A DNA stretch of 53,141 nt from positions 1 to 53,141 of the forward strand of contig CANLED010000001.1 in the NCBI GenBank assembly GCA_947489175.1, given 5' to 3'. Positions 1 through 8,326 of this stretch are shown here, piece after piece. Below the pieces are notes generated by a model. The model was given only the letters and a program-made list of their open reading frames with translations. It searched no databases and was not told the origin of the DNA. A program made the translations under genes and the position numbers. The first letter of the stretch is position 1; the number at the start of each line of letters is the position of its first letter. This DNA is from Chitinophagaceae bacterium. Lineage in GTDB: Bacteria; Bacteroidota; Bacteroidia; Chitinophagales; Chitinophagaceae.

Positions 1-1
1 C

Positions 2-991
2 CTGGCCACACCCAACCACTGGCATGCATTGCAAACCATCTGGGCCTGCCAGGCCGGGAAAGACGTTTACGTGGAAAAGCCCGCCACGCACAATATTCAC
101 GAGGGCAAGAAGATGATCGAAGCGGCCTACAAATACAACCGCATTGTGCAACACGGTGTGCAGTTGCGCAGCTCAGTGGCCATCCGCGAAGCGGTGAAAC
201 ACCTCGAAGAAGGACTGATTGGAAGGGTATACATGTCGCGAGGATTGGTGTACCGCAGAAGGCCAGACATTGGCAACAAGGGCATCTCTCCGATTCCTGC
301 AGGACTGAACTACGATCTTTGGTGCGGACCTGCACCGATGCGTCCTTTCAGCAAAAACCTTGTTCACTACAACTGGCATTGGCATTGGAACTATGGCAAT
401 GGTGATGTGGGCAACCAGGGTATTCATGAAACCGATCTCTGCATGTGGGGATTGGGCGTAGACCAGCTTCCTGAGCGCATCACTTCCATGGGTGGAAAAT
501 TCCTCTGGGACGATTGCAAGGAAGTGCCTGAAATACAAACATCCATCTACCATTATCCCAAACAAAAAAAGATCATTCAGTTTGAAGTCCGTCACTGGAA
601 CACCAACCTGGAAGATGGTGCAGGTGTGGGCAATATATTTTATGGCGAAAAAGGTTATATGGTGGTCAAGGGATACAATACCTACGAAACCTATCTGGGC
701 GAAAAAAGGGAGAAGGGACCAAGCCGTTCTGAAGGCGGTGAAATGGGTCTTCATCTACAAAACTGGTTTGATGCCATCCGCGCAAGGGACATGAGCATCC
801 AACACGGGCCGGTTCAGACTGGACACCTCTCCTCATCACTGGCACATTTGGGCAATATTTCCTATCGCCTTGGCCGCCAACTGGAGTTCGACCCTGTGGC
901 CGAAAGGTTCATTGGCGAAGGCGAGAATGAAGCCAATGCCATGCTGAGCCGTGATTACAGGGCACCTTATCTTTTGCCAGACGTCATCTGA
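2..991 (+). CDS. Gfo/Idh/MocA family NAD(P)-dependent oxidoreductase, 5' end outside the window
   Basis: Frame is open from base 2 (LATPNHWHAL), followed by GKDVYVEKP, YDLWCGPAP and GNQGIHETD motifs. GC-rich composition like the other flank. Confidence 0.92.
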   Translation: MATPNHWHALQTIWACQAGKDVYVEKPATHNIHEGKKMIEAAYKYNRIVQHGVQLRSSVAIREAVKHLEEGLIGRVYMSRGLVYRRRPDIGNKGISPIPAGLNYDLWCGPAPMRPFSKNLVHYNWHWHWNYGNGDVGNQGIHETDLCMWGLGVDQLPERITSMGGKFLWDDCKEVPEIQTSIYHYPKQKKIIQFEVRHWNTNLEDGAGVGNIFYGEKGYMVVKGYNTYETYLGEKREKGPSRSEGGEMGLHLQNWFDAIRARDMSIQHGPVQTGHLSSSLAHLGNISYRLGRQLEFDPVAERFIGEGENEANAMLSRDYRAPYLLPDVI

Positions 992-1010
992 TTTTCTTAA
1001 CGAGGATAAA

Positions 1011-1064
1011 ACAAGCCAGCCGTTCAGCATCAAGGGGTAGCCCAGAGCAGGACAGCTGGCTTGT
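1011..1064. terminator. Imperfect inverted repeat between convergent genes (terminator or REP-like hairpin)
   Basis: ACAAGCCAGC (1011-1020) pairs with GCTGGCTTGT (1055-1064). The arms extend to 18 nt with 15 matches. Confidence 0.5.
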
Positions 1065-1100
1065 ATATATATGGTATTTTGAAAGCCAAATGTAATGAAA

Positions 1101-2207
1101 TCAAAACCCTGTGATTTTCTTTAGAAGATCAAAAAATTGCTTTTTTCTTTCAGTGTCAATTTTCCAACTTGCTGGCATACTTTGGAAGCCTGTTTCAAAT
1201 GGCTCATCCTTTTTTCTGAAATCAAAATAACCCCAGCTTATATAGTTTTGAAAAGAAGTAACCATATTATTTTGTGGCTTATCAAAATTAAAATGGTCAT
1301 CTTCATTATTAACAATAGGCATTTTCTTTTCTCCTATCAATTTTTTAAAATCATTATAGTAAGCAACCAATGTATCCTGATTGCTAATTCCGTTCCCATG
1401 CACTAGCAAAAAGTCCGAGGCATCAATCACTTGTTTAGTTGGCCTATTTTTTCCCTGGTAACTTGTGGTTACAAGATAACGATGTCCATTTTCGCTTTTT
1501 AAATTATGCACCATTTCAATAAGCTCATGAACACGTGATGGCTTTAAAATATCATGTTTATATCCATTGAAATTACATTCGTTATTTATCTCAATAATTA
1601 CGTTTTTATAATTTTCTCTATGAAGCCAGTTTATAGTTTGTCTTACAGCTTTCTTTACTGCTAACTCATCATTCACACGCTCATCTTGACCAAAATAAAA
1701 TATACCTAAGATACAAATCATACCTAAATCATCTGCCTTGTTTAAAATCTTACGTAATCTTTGCATATACTCTTTACGCAACCCGCCACTACTGTCAATA
1801 GCTGAGTTATACCAAGGTTGTTTGTTTGAATATCCGTAAGGACTTCCACCCTGTAAATTAACTGTAAATGCGAGTAAACCATTGCTTTTCCATTCGGGCA
1901 TGGCATTCACAAATTCATTAACATTTCTCTCTGCATCCCATTTTTTTGTATCAGGATATGCCCAAAGATTTCTTGTACTGTCATTCAAGTCGTCGAAAAT
2001 CCCCTGTACCATTCGGCTGTTGGGCAATAACCCTTGTACCTTAATTCCGTTATAGATTCGGCCTTTAAAAGTTGGATTGCCATTGATATAAAACTCATCA
2101 CCTACTATGGTTACTTCTGTTTTTCTTGGGTGTAATTTCTTTTGCGCAAGAAGACATTCATGAAATAATACAAAGAGGATTAAAGTGCTTAAAATTGTCT
2201 TATTCAT
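1101..2207 (-). CDS. Secreted uncharacterised protein, putative TIM-barrel (clan GH-A-like) glycoside hydrolase
   Basis: Signal peptide ending LLAQ. IIEINNE and PIVNNED resemble the acid/base and nucleophile Glu motifs of clan GH-A. Confidence 0.6.
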   Translation of the reverse strand: MNKTILSTLILFVLFHECLLAQKKLHPRKTEVTIVGDEFYINGNPTFKGRIYNGIKVQGLLPNSRMVQGIFDDLNDSTRNLWAYPDTKKWDAERNVNEFVNAMPEWKSNGLLAFTVNLQGGSPYGYSNKQPWYNSAIDSSGGLRKEYMQRLRKILNKADDLGMICILGIFYFGQDERVNDELAVKKAVRQTINWLHRENYKNVIIEINNECNFNGYKHDILKPSRVHELIEMVHNLKSENGHRYLVTTSYQGKNRPTKQVIDASDFLLVHGNGISNQDTLVAYYNDFKKLIGEKKMPIVNNEDDHFNFDKPQNNMVTSFQNYISWGYFDFRKKDEPFETGFQSMPASWKIDTERKKQFFDLLKKITGF

Positions 2208-2231
2208 ATACGGTTATTGTCAGATAATGAT

Positions 2232-3617
2232 TTATTCTTTAATTAAACGAAGCATTATACTTGCATGAGGCGCTATGCTGTAATTTATATCTTTATTGGC
2301 TTTCCCAATGCTGGCTTTTTTCCAAGCATCCCTGACAACATAATTTCCTTCAAGACCAAGTTCACTTAGTAAAACAGTAATTTTCTTTTCTGTATCATTT
2401 AGATTAAATAAAGCAACATTCACAAATTTACCGTTTAAAGATTCTGAAGCCCAGCAAACCATCTCATCTTTTCTAAATACTTGGCGGCTATTTTTGCTGT
2501 TTTGATTAATGTCAATAATTTCTGCATTAGTCATGAGCTCAGTTTCTAATGCCAAATTCTCAGGGAGGTTACCCCCCATCATTAATGGACTTCGAAAAAT
2601 ACTCCAAAGTGTAATATGGGTTCTGGCTTCTTCTGGTGTAAAACCAGAACGACGCGGTTTTCCTACAGGACCTCGTTTAGCAATGGCGCCGATTTGTAAC
2701 ATATCAGCATCGGGCCAATTACCTGGGCCAGAATAAGGAGCCCATTGGGCAAGAATTGAAAATTGTTCCTTTAATTGCTTGAATTCATCCCAAAAATCAT
2801 GACTTACCCTCCATAATTCACTGTTTTCTGCTGCATGATCTCTGTTTGTAAATTTCATATTCAGACTCAAACTGAGTGTGATAGGATTCTTTAATGATTG
2901 AATAGCTTTATGAAAAGCAGCTACTTCCTCTTTTCTGTAAGGATATTTGTCATTTAAATCTGTATCATCTAATTTGATATAGTCCACTCCCCAACTGTCA
3001 TATTGTTTCAAAATAGAGTTATACCACTGTTGCGCTCCAGGCTTACTCATATTTACTCCCCACATATTATTTAACCAGGGGCAAACAGATGTTGTGTCAA
3101 CAATGTCCTTTGCTTTTATTCCATCTGCACCCATTACAGGCGTATTGTACCAAACAGCTTGCCTTGGTATACCCCGCATTACATGAATACCAAATTTTAA
3201 ACCGAGAGAATGAATATAATCAGCCAGTGGTTTAAAGCCCTTACCACCTGCAGAGGAAGGAAAGCGGCGTACATCTGGATGTAAGCGCCCAAACTCATCC
3301 ATTTCGAAATAAGGAACCAACGAACCATCAAACTTATTGGCAAATTGAGGGGGATTACTTTGCCCTCCACCCGGTGGATGTGGATACCACCAGCAAAAAT
3401 CAATTACAACATAATTCCAGCCGTACTGTTTTAGATTTTTTGCAATGTACTCTGCGTTTTCACGTACCTCTGCTTCCGTAACCGTAGCACCAAACGCATT
3501 ATAACTGTTCCAGCCCATGGGTGGCTTAGGGGCGACGTCAGGAGAGTTTTTTTGGGCAAAAACCGGAAAAAATAATGCTGTAAACATCAAGGTCAAAACA
3601 TTCTTTAATAAACACAT
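2232..3617 (-). CDS. GH27 glycoside hydrolase, beta-L-arabinopyranosidase/alpha-galactosidase type
   Basis: PPMGWNSY, VIDFCW, GLKFGIHVMRGIPRQAV, WGVDYIKLDD, WRVSHDFWD, WPDADML motifs and a signal peptide. Confidence 0.92.
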   Translation of the reverse strand: MCLLKNVLTLMFTALFFPVFAQKNSPDVAPKPPMGWNSYNAFGATVTEAEVRENAEYIAKNLKQYGWNYVVIDFCWWYPHPPGGGQSNPPQFANKFDGSLVPYFEMDEFGRLHPDVRRFPSSAGGKGFKPLADYIHSLGLKFGIHVMRGIPRQAVWYNTPVMGADGIKAKDIVDTTSVCPWLNNMWGVNMSKPGAQQWYNSILKQYDSWGVDYIKLDDTDLNDKYPYRKEEVAAFHKAIQSLKNPITLSLSLNMKFTNRDHAAENSELWRVSHDFWDEFKQLKEQFSILAQWAPYSGPGNWPDADMLQIGAIAKRGPVGKPRRSGFTPEEARTHITLWSIFRSPLMMGGNLPENLALETELMTNAEIIDINQNSKNSRQVFRKDEMVCWASESLNGKFVNVALFNLNDTEKKITVLLSELGLEGNYVVRDAWKKASIGKANKDINYSIAPHASIMLRLIKE

Positions 3618-4163
3618 AATAATCCAAATTTTAAGAGTAATTAAACAGCTCTTTGATCATTTTAGGCAGTATTTCTTCATAATAACTTTTGAAAAAACCG
3701 AATATCATATAGAGATATGGTAATCAGTGAATGAGAGAAATACTCCATTAAATACTTCTGCAATTATTATAAATATTTTTAACAGTAAGATGCTTCAACA
3801 TCCCAGGTTATTGCTTTATAATTCATTATTTATGTAAAAAGTCATTACTGAATATGTTAAGCCAGAAACCTTAATTTAATTTAGCTTCTATAATATAGAT
3901 AAATGGGACGACTTTAAATTCTATTTCAATTCCCAAACAACAATCGAAGATTAATATATGATTTTATTATTTCAATTGTATCTGTCATAGATGATAATTT
4001 GGTTTAATCTTGTACGTGAAAATTATTTTAATAAATATCCCATAAGGTTTCAAATTCAGTTTTACTGATTAACGATCCATACAGCTAAATTTGGTAAAGC
4101 TTGGCACATGAATAAGAACCAGAATTATTGGGTTTATTATTCCCTCATAATGACAATCATTTC

Positions 4164-5735
4164 TTAATTATTATCATTACTTGGTTTAAAATCCCGATTG
4201 AGGGTTAATAAAAATTTATCCATTTTAAATCCATCTTCCCTCATTGAAAATTGGATAGTGTGCAAACCAGGTTTATCAATATCCAGATAAATTTGATACG
4301 GCACTCCACAATGTTCTTTTTGTGTACGTTGTTTGCTTTCCCACCACCATTTATGTTTACCCTGGCACCATTGCATTCTTGCTCCCGTTTCCGGCCATTC
4401 ACCATTAAGACCCAAATGTACGCTGTTATCCTCTGTGCCTGTACTCATTGCCCTTACCCATACATAATACCTGCCAGGTGTTTTAAAATTAACATTGTAA
4501 GTAACTAAGCATATTTCACCAGGCTTGTTCGAAAAATTTACTCCATTGTGTAAACTATCGTCGTGGGAAACTCTTGTATCAGGCGTAATAAAAATATATT
4601 TACCAGCGGAAGCAGATGTGTCTTTACGTATTTCCCATTGACGTTTTTCCTGCTTCAAAACTTCAGCATAATCTTCTGATTCCACCTCTAAATCTGCTTC
4701 AGTTTGTTGTTTGAATGACCTATTGTCCATAGGTTTTTCTTCTTTTATCTGTAGTAAACCAGTGATGCTTTCTTCCATTTCAAATAAATGACAACGAATA
4801 TTCCCTTTATTGGGTTGATGAATGCTCATCATTAGTTTTCCATCAAATGTTGTAAATAAAGAAGGATGCCCACCATCACCATCAAATACTAATTTATCTA
4901 TTTGCTGCCAGGGACCTTTTAATTTTCCTGATACAGAAGCCGACTGTCCCACTACATAACCATTTTTTGAAAAACTGCTCCAGAGCATGAGCAATTGTCC
5001 GTTTTTATTTTTATGAAATGTTGGTCCATCGGTAACAAAACCTCCTCCATGTATATTTAACCGTGTAACCCAAGGTGCTTCAGTGGCCTTAAATAATGTT
5101 GATGGTTTACCCAACATTTCTGATAAATTATTATTTAAAGGAACTAATTCGAGTGTGCCATCGTTTACCTGAATCCACTCTCTACAAAAAACCATGAATG
5201 GTTGGCCATCTTCAATGATTAAAGTTCCATCTAAAGCCATGCAATCGGGCGGTGTTTCAGATGTACTGCTTATAGGAATAAAAGGTCCTTCTGGTGTACT
5301 GCTTTTAAGAATGGCAGTGGCTCGTCTGTAAACTAAACTGTCCGCTCTGTTTGTCAATTGATGAGGTACTTTTATTTTAGCATTGGTAAATGTTACAAAC
5401 AAATAATAATTACCATTGTATTTATGAACCTCAGGCGCCCAGCAACCATGGCTTGTATCTGCCCAAAAACCATTACCAGTTTCAAATACTTTATAAGGAC
5501 CTTGCCAGTTTTCAAGGTCTTTACTTTTGTATACTGTTACGCCCATTCTCTTGGAGGGCATTCCCTTATAGTCATAAGAAGATGAGTACATGTAGTACGT
5601 TTTTGAAATTTCATCAGCTAAAATAAATGGATCTCGAATATAAATTTGGGACCGCTTTAAATAGGCAGATTGTTGTGCTGATGTATACAGACTAAATGGG
5701 AATGTCAATAATAAGGCAAATATATACTTGTTCAT
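4164..5735 (-). CDS. GH43 glycoside hydrolase with an extra C-terminal beta-sandwich module
   Basis: IRDPFI, WAPEVH, ALDG, TDGP and GGHPSLF motifs. C-terminal ~175 aa carries ESEDY...PGRYYVWVR...GLHTIQFSMREDGFKMDK (GH115_C/CBM-like). Confidence 0.88.
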   Translation of the reverse strand: MNKYIFALLLTFPFSLYTSAQQSAYLKRSQIYIRDPFILADEISKTYYMYSSSYDYKGMPSKRMGVTVYKSKDLENWQGPYKVFETGNGFWADTSHGCWAPEVHKYNGNYYLFVTFTNAKIKVPHQLTNRADSLVYRRATAILKSSTPEGPFIPISSTSETPPDCMALDGTLIIEDGQPFMVFCREWIQVNDGTLELVPLNNNLSEMLGKPSTLFKATEAPWVTRLNIHGGGFVTDGPTFHKNKNGQLLMLWSSFSKNGYVVGQSASVSGKLKGPWQQIDKLVFDGDGGHPSLFTTFDGKLMMSIHQPNKGNIRCHLFEMEESITGLLQIKEEKPMDNRSFKQQTEADLEVESEDYAEVLKQEKRQWEIRKDTSASAGKYIFITPDTRVSHDDSLHNGVNFSNKPGEICLVTYNVNFKTPGRYYVWVRAMSTGTEDNSVHLGLNGEWPETGARMQWCQGKHKWWWESKQRTQKEHCGVPYQIYLDIDKPGLHTIQFSMREDGFKMDKFLLTLNRDFKPSNDNN

Positions 5736-5905
5736 ACTATCGGTCTTTTAGTGTTAGTTCAATATTTATCTCAGTATTATTTTGGAATTTTTTCCATGAT
5801 AAATCAGTTTTCATCCACCATTGTTATCAGTTGTTAAATACTTAACAGCTGTGCTTCAATTGTGTTATCAGCAAGAAAAAAATAAGAGTAAACGTAGCAT
5901 ATTTT

Positions 5906-6913
5906 TTATTTTAGATTTTCCACAAGATGTTGAATTTGTAGTGGCTTTATTTTTCTATCAGAAGGAAAAGGATACGATACCAGAAACCATTCTTCAGTAA
6001 ACGACTTCGTTTTTCCGGGCATAATAACTTCCAGCGGACCTATTGGTTCAATTTCCGTCATTTGGATACCATTATACCACACAGATGTATTGGCAGCACT
6101 TACCTCTCCATATCTTTTGTTGTTATATACCTTGAACTTCTTTACAAATAACAAATTGGCAGTTGCCGCATAAGCAATCCAACCTGCGTCAGAAACATCC
6201 ATTTCCAGCTTTGGCTTTTGCGGTGGCCCTTTAATGATCAAATAATCATCTTTTTGAAGAATATTTGAATCTGATGGAGACATATTAATCGTATCGCGAT
6301 TCATAAACATGATATACTTATTAGGGAAACGGCTTGTTTCAGGAACTGGCATAATACAAATGCCGTTGCCTGTGGCAAAAGTTCTTGACCAAAAAGATGC
6401 GTATAATAGTATTCTTCCTGAATTAACAATTATTTGCCTGAAATGTAGCTTACTTGTTCTTTTATCAAGCTCAAACTCCCGAATCAAAAATATTCCGGTA
6501 ATTGAATCGGTTTGGCTAGTTAATTTTGCCGAAGATTGACTGGTGATTTCAGCTTTCCACTTGCCAAAGAAAAACAAATCAGTATTTGGTTTGGTCCGTG
6601 ATGGGCCTATATCAAATCGACCTCCTGCTAAATGTCCTTTACTACGTGGCATGGAAGCTGTGCTTATCCATCCATTTTGTGTTGTATCTTCATACAACAC
6701 GTTTACACTATTTAATGCATAACGAATTACCCTGCCACCCGAATTGGGCTCAAGTATAACTTCGATATTATTACTCCTTAATGCTATACAGCTGTCAAAC
6801 CTATACGCCGATACAAAAGAAACATTGTTCTGTGCTTGTGCAAAACTTATGGTAAGTAATAAAATAATTATGTTACCAGCTATTGTAGTACTATTTAAAT
6901 GCAGATGTGTCAC
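5906..6913 (-). CDS. Secreted DUF4380-like protein
   Basis: GTG start, signal peptide ending AQAQ, GGRVIRYAL near the N-terminus and EIEPIGPL...PG..SFTEEW at the C-terminus. Confidence 0.65.
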   Translation of the reverse strand: MTHLHLNSTTIAGNIIILLLTISFAQAQNNVSFVSAYRFDSCIALRSNNIEVILEPNSGGRVIRYALNSVNVLYEDTTQNGWISTASMPRSKGHLAGGRFDIGPSRTKPNTDLFFFGKWKAEITSQSSAKLTSQTDSITGIFLIREFELDKRTSKLHFRQIIVNSGRILLYASFWSRTFATGNGICIMPVPETSRFPNKYIMFMNRDTINMSPSDSNILQKDDYLIIKGPPQKPKLEMDVSDAGWIAYAATANLLFVKKFKVYNNKRYGEVSAANTSVWYNGIQMTEIEPIGPLEVIMPGKTKSFTEEWFLVSYPFPSDRKIKPLQIQHLVENLK

Positions 6914-6949
6914 GCGTTTGTATGTTTATAAAAGCTATTCAGTAAATAA

Positions 6950-8326
6950 TTACTTGAATTCAATACCCCATGTCGTTTCCTTATCAATAATAAAATAATC
7001 CCGTTCACCATTTATTTTTTGTCCTTTTATAATGATATTTTCGAATTTCATATTATAAACAGGGTGCTTATCATCATGCCCCATTACCAAACTTGGTATT
7101 TTCTGTTCGTCATACATTTCAATATTTCGAAAAATCATATCACTCATACTTCCACTTTCTTTATTCCATTGTCCCCATCTGTTTGGCTTTGTTACCAAAT
7201 GAAAAATCCTCCACATAGAATTATCTATTCTAATATTCTCAAATAGAAACTTTGATTTATGGCCTTTACCGCCATGTATGGCACAAATAACCGCTTCATT
7301 TTCATTATCCCATTCATGTTCTACCCGTATCACTTCAATATCACGTACATAGCAATTGCTATAATCATTATTACCGTTCCAACCCAGCTGAAAAGGTGCC
7401 CCGTTTTCCATTTGCCAAATAACACAATTCTTGACTTCGGTTTTGTTTTGATACAGTTTAATGGCATCATCATTGACCTTGAAAAAACAATTTTCAATAA
7501 GCGTTTCTTCTCCTGCAGAGATACCATCTGTGCTAAACCACCAACCCATCATTTTTACATTATCAATATGATGCTTTTTTCCGCTTAATGTTATCATAAA
7601 CCGTGGCGCATGTATCATAGTAATCCCTTCGATTTTCACATTGCTTACATTTCTGAAGTGAATCATATGGTCAGCTGTTCTTGCTGCATAGTCTTCTCCA
7701 CTCATGATGCCTCTGCCAAATATTTCAACATTATCAATGTTTTCTGAATAAAACTGTCCTTTTACATAAGCACTGCCATGCAAGTAGACTTTCTTTCCGG
7801 TGGGAATTATAAATTTTTCCCCTATAAAATGTAATCCTGGTCCAAAATAAATAAGAGAAGTATCAGAAGCGGAAGGAATATTTTTCTCCACAGGATTGGC
7901 AAATATGAGTAATGGATGTTCAATGCTGATGCCGCTTTGATATTCAACTGAAAATTGACCGGGGCTTGTAATTACAAATTCTGAAATATTGTCTTTTTCA
8001 GTTGCTTTAAGTCCATTGCTTCTGGGTATAATATTTACAGGATTTCTATGCGGGGTTAGGTTATAAATACGGACTGTTATTTCTCCGCTAAATGAAAAAT
8101 TAATCCATGCCGTAGTTTTACAGTTGTTCGTATAATGTAACGCATTCATATTATACACAAAAACAGGATAAACTTTTCCTTGCTGAATAATTTCAACTTT
8201 ATAATTTGTAGATTGATGAATGTATGAATTACCCGCCTTCATATTTTCGGTGGGTTCATAAGTAATCACTTCTGCAATGCTGATTAATTGACAAAATAGC
8301 AATATGGCAGCGAACAATTGTTTCAT
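6950..8326 (-). CDS. GH49-like (clan GH-N, GH28/GH49) parallel beta-helix glycoside hydrolase
   Basis: IYFGPGLH, VYLHGSAYVKG, and GWWFSTDG...KVNDDAIKLY...IWQMENGAPFQLGW match the GH49 catalytic segment. ATGA overlap with the upstream gene. Confidence 0.8.
   Translation of the reverse strand: MKQLFAAILLFCQLISIAEVITYEPTENMKAGNSYIHQSTNYKVEIIQQGKVYPVFVYNMNALHYTNNCKTTAWINFSFSGEITVRIYNLTPHRNPVNIIPRSNGLKATEKDNISEFVITSPGQFSVEYQSGISIEHPLLIFANPVEKNIPSASDTSLIYFGPGLHFIGEKFIIPTGKKVYLHGSAYVKGQFYSENIDNVEIFGRGIMSGEDYAARTADHMIHFRNVSNVKIEGITMIHAPRFMITLSGKKHHIDNVKMMGWWFSTDGISAGEETLIENCFFKVNDDAIKLYQNKTEVKNCVIWQMENGAPFQLGWNGNNDYSNCYVRDIEVIRVEHEWDNENEAVICAIHGGKGHKSKFLFENIRIDNSMWRIFHLVTKPNRWGQWNKESGSMSDMIFRNIEMYDEQKIPSLVMGHDDKHPVYNMKFENIIIKGQKINGERDYFIIDKETTWGIEFK

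Noticed and set aside
173-754. 193-aa antisense ORF and the many other 60-180 aa overlapping ORFs in the track
   Set aside because: They are shadows of well-supported genes and have no recognisable motifs.
1065-1100. att site or target duplication shared with 50767-50911
   Set aside because: No shared repeat longer than expected by chance was found by eye.
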